Of a stretch of DNA of 63,132 bases, positions 62,153 to 63,132 are shown piece after piece. The notes under the pieces are model-generated. The model ran no database searches. It had not been told where the DNA came from and saw nothing but the letters and a program-made list of their open reading frames with translations. How positions within the stretch are numbered: the first letter of the stretch is position 1; every line of letters starts with the position of its first letter. The DNA comes from Candidatus Rokuibacteriota bacterium (GTDB lineage: Bacteria > Methylomirabilota > Methylomirabilia > Rokubacteriales > CSP1-6), in contig DAIRVP010000004.1 in the NCBI GenBank assembly GCA_036802765.1, positions 1 through 63,132 on the forward strand, given 5' to 3'. Position numbers and translations under genes: made by a program.

Positions 62153-62998
62153 TCAGCCCGGCAGTCGCAGCTCGCCGCGCGCGATCGTCACCGCGCAGCC
62201 GCCGACTTCGACGCTGTCGATGCGCTCGCGCGGGCCGCCGGCGCGCGCGAACAGCGTGCTCGGCCGCCCGATCTCCACACCCTGCGTGATCTGGATCTCT
62301 TGGCCGGGCTCCAGCAGGCCGTGCCGCACGAGATGGCAGGCGAGGGGCCCGGCGGCCGAGCCTGTTGCGGGATCTTCGGCAATGCCGTGTCCGGGGGCGA
62401 ACATCCGCGTCTTCCAGCGCAGGCCACTGCCCGCAAAGCACGAGACGCCGGCGGGCGTCGCGCGCGCGAGCGCCCCGAGATCCGGGGCCAGCTTCGCGAC
62501 CTCGTCCGGCGAGCCGACGGTGACGAGCACGTGCGTGGGGCCGTTGACGTAGCGCTCGACGGGCAGGATCGGCTTGACGCCGCCGAGCGCGGCCAGGATG
62601 GCGGCCGCGGCCGGCTCGGGCGAGACGGTCGGCAGCGGCTGGCTCATGCGCCCGAACGTGATGCGTGAGCCGTCGCGCTCGAGCACGATCGGCACGAGTC
62701 CGATGCCGGTCTCCAAGACGATCGTCGGCAGCTGTAGCGGCGCCGCCAGAACGAACGCGCTGCCGAGCACCGGATGGCCCGCGAATGGCAGCTCGTTGAA
62801 CGGCGTGAAGATCCGGATGCGTGCGTGGCCGCCGGCGGTGGCCGGGTACACGAACACGGTCTCCGAGTAGTTCATCTCCCGCGCGATGGGCTGCAGGAGC
62901 TTGTCGGGGATGAGGCGTGCGTCGGTGAAGACGGCGAGCTGGTTGCCGGCCAGCGGCGTGTCGGTGAAGACGTCGGAGATCACGTAACGGAATTCCAT
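62153..62998 (-). CDS. PhzF-family isomerase-like protein
   Basis: DVFTD..LAGNQL, NYSETVF, RIFTP..ELPFAGHP, EDPATGSAAG, QGVEIGRPS motifs. Confidence 0.92.
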   Translation of the reverse strand: MEFRYVISDVFTDTPLAGNQLAVFTDARLIPDKLLQPIAREMNYSETVFVYPATAGGHARIRIFTPFNELPFAGHPVLGSAFVLAAPLQLPTIVLETGIGLVPIVLERDGSRITFGRMSQPLPTVSPEPAAAAILAALGGVKPILPVERYVNGPTHVLVTVGSPDEVAKLAPDLGALARATPAGVSCFAGSGLRWKTRMFAPGHGIAEDPATGSAAGPLACHLVRHGLLEPGQEIQITQGVEIGRPSTLFARAGGPRERIDSVEVGGCAVTIARGELRLPG

Positions 62999-63028
62999 CG
63001 CGTCGCGACATTGTACGCGACGCGATGG
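62995..63028. promoter_or_regulatory. Perfect 13-bp inverted repeat over the PhzF-family start and -10 box
   Basis: CCATCGCGTCGCG (62995-63007) / CGCGACGCGATGG (63016-63028); the spacer holds minus-strand TACAAT (63015-63010). Confidence 0.55.
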
Positions 63029-63132
63029 CGCCTTGCCGGTTCGAGCGCCGGCTCCGCCGGCGCAATCCTGCTGCTGGGGGAGGCACGGAGGAGCACGCCG
63101 CAGGCGCGCGACGACGGTCGGAAGGGGGGCGA

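Noticed and set aside
148-62870. Many long alternative-frame or antisense ORFs in the track (e.g. 27130-29589 N-part, 32937-34604, 45347-47797, 50203-52575)
   Set aside because: They are Arg/Ala/Gly-rich shadows of motif-bearing genes, expected in GC-rich DNA where stop codons are scarce.
62153-62998. Phenazine biosynthesis
   Set aside because: A solitary PhzF homolog with no phzA/B/D/E/G; such orphans are widespread.
63035-63055. tRNA-like T-arm (GCCGG-TTCGAGCG-CCGGC)
   Set aside because: The loop is 8 nt and there is no D-arm, anticodon arm or acceptor stem around it.

Overview
GC-rich bacterial chromosomal segment, densely coding with about 70 CDS. I found no rRNA, tRNA, CRISPR array, phage or IS element. 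The gene repertoire (many LLM/F420-type oxidoreductases, CoA transferases, a Liv-type ABC transporter, diderm envelope proteins) resembles uncultured soil lineages such as Ca. Rokubacteria/Methylomirabilota; this is inference only. Main blocks are: an ECF sigma/anti-sigma pair divergent from a cupredoxin and a Tat-exported metallophosphoesterase, with two matching GGAAC-N16-CGTT promoters; a 7-gene LigAB-type ring-cleavage operon; a FadR regulator plus Liv ABC operon; an enamidase-DUF1015-DUF1185-LLM-Mo hydroxylase-Fhs operon; and a PilV/PilW/PilX-like minor pilin operon continuing into a TPR lipoprotein and a putative Zn-binding bitopic protein, facing a paralogous lipoprotein. Also present are sthA, catabolic genes, and an orphan TAXI binding protein directly upstream of a membrane pseudokinase. 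The best leads are the TAXI-pseudokinase pair, the pilin-TPR lipoprotein module, three genes whose N-termini fit a CTG start, recurrent leaderless promoter geometry, a set of sigma54-like motifs before envelope genes, and a coupled 10-codon uORF. All family calls come from motif recognition by eye; no database searches were run.
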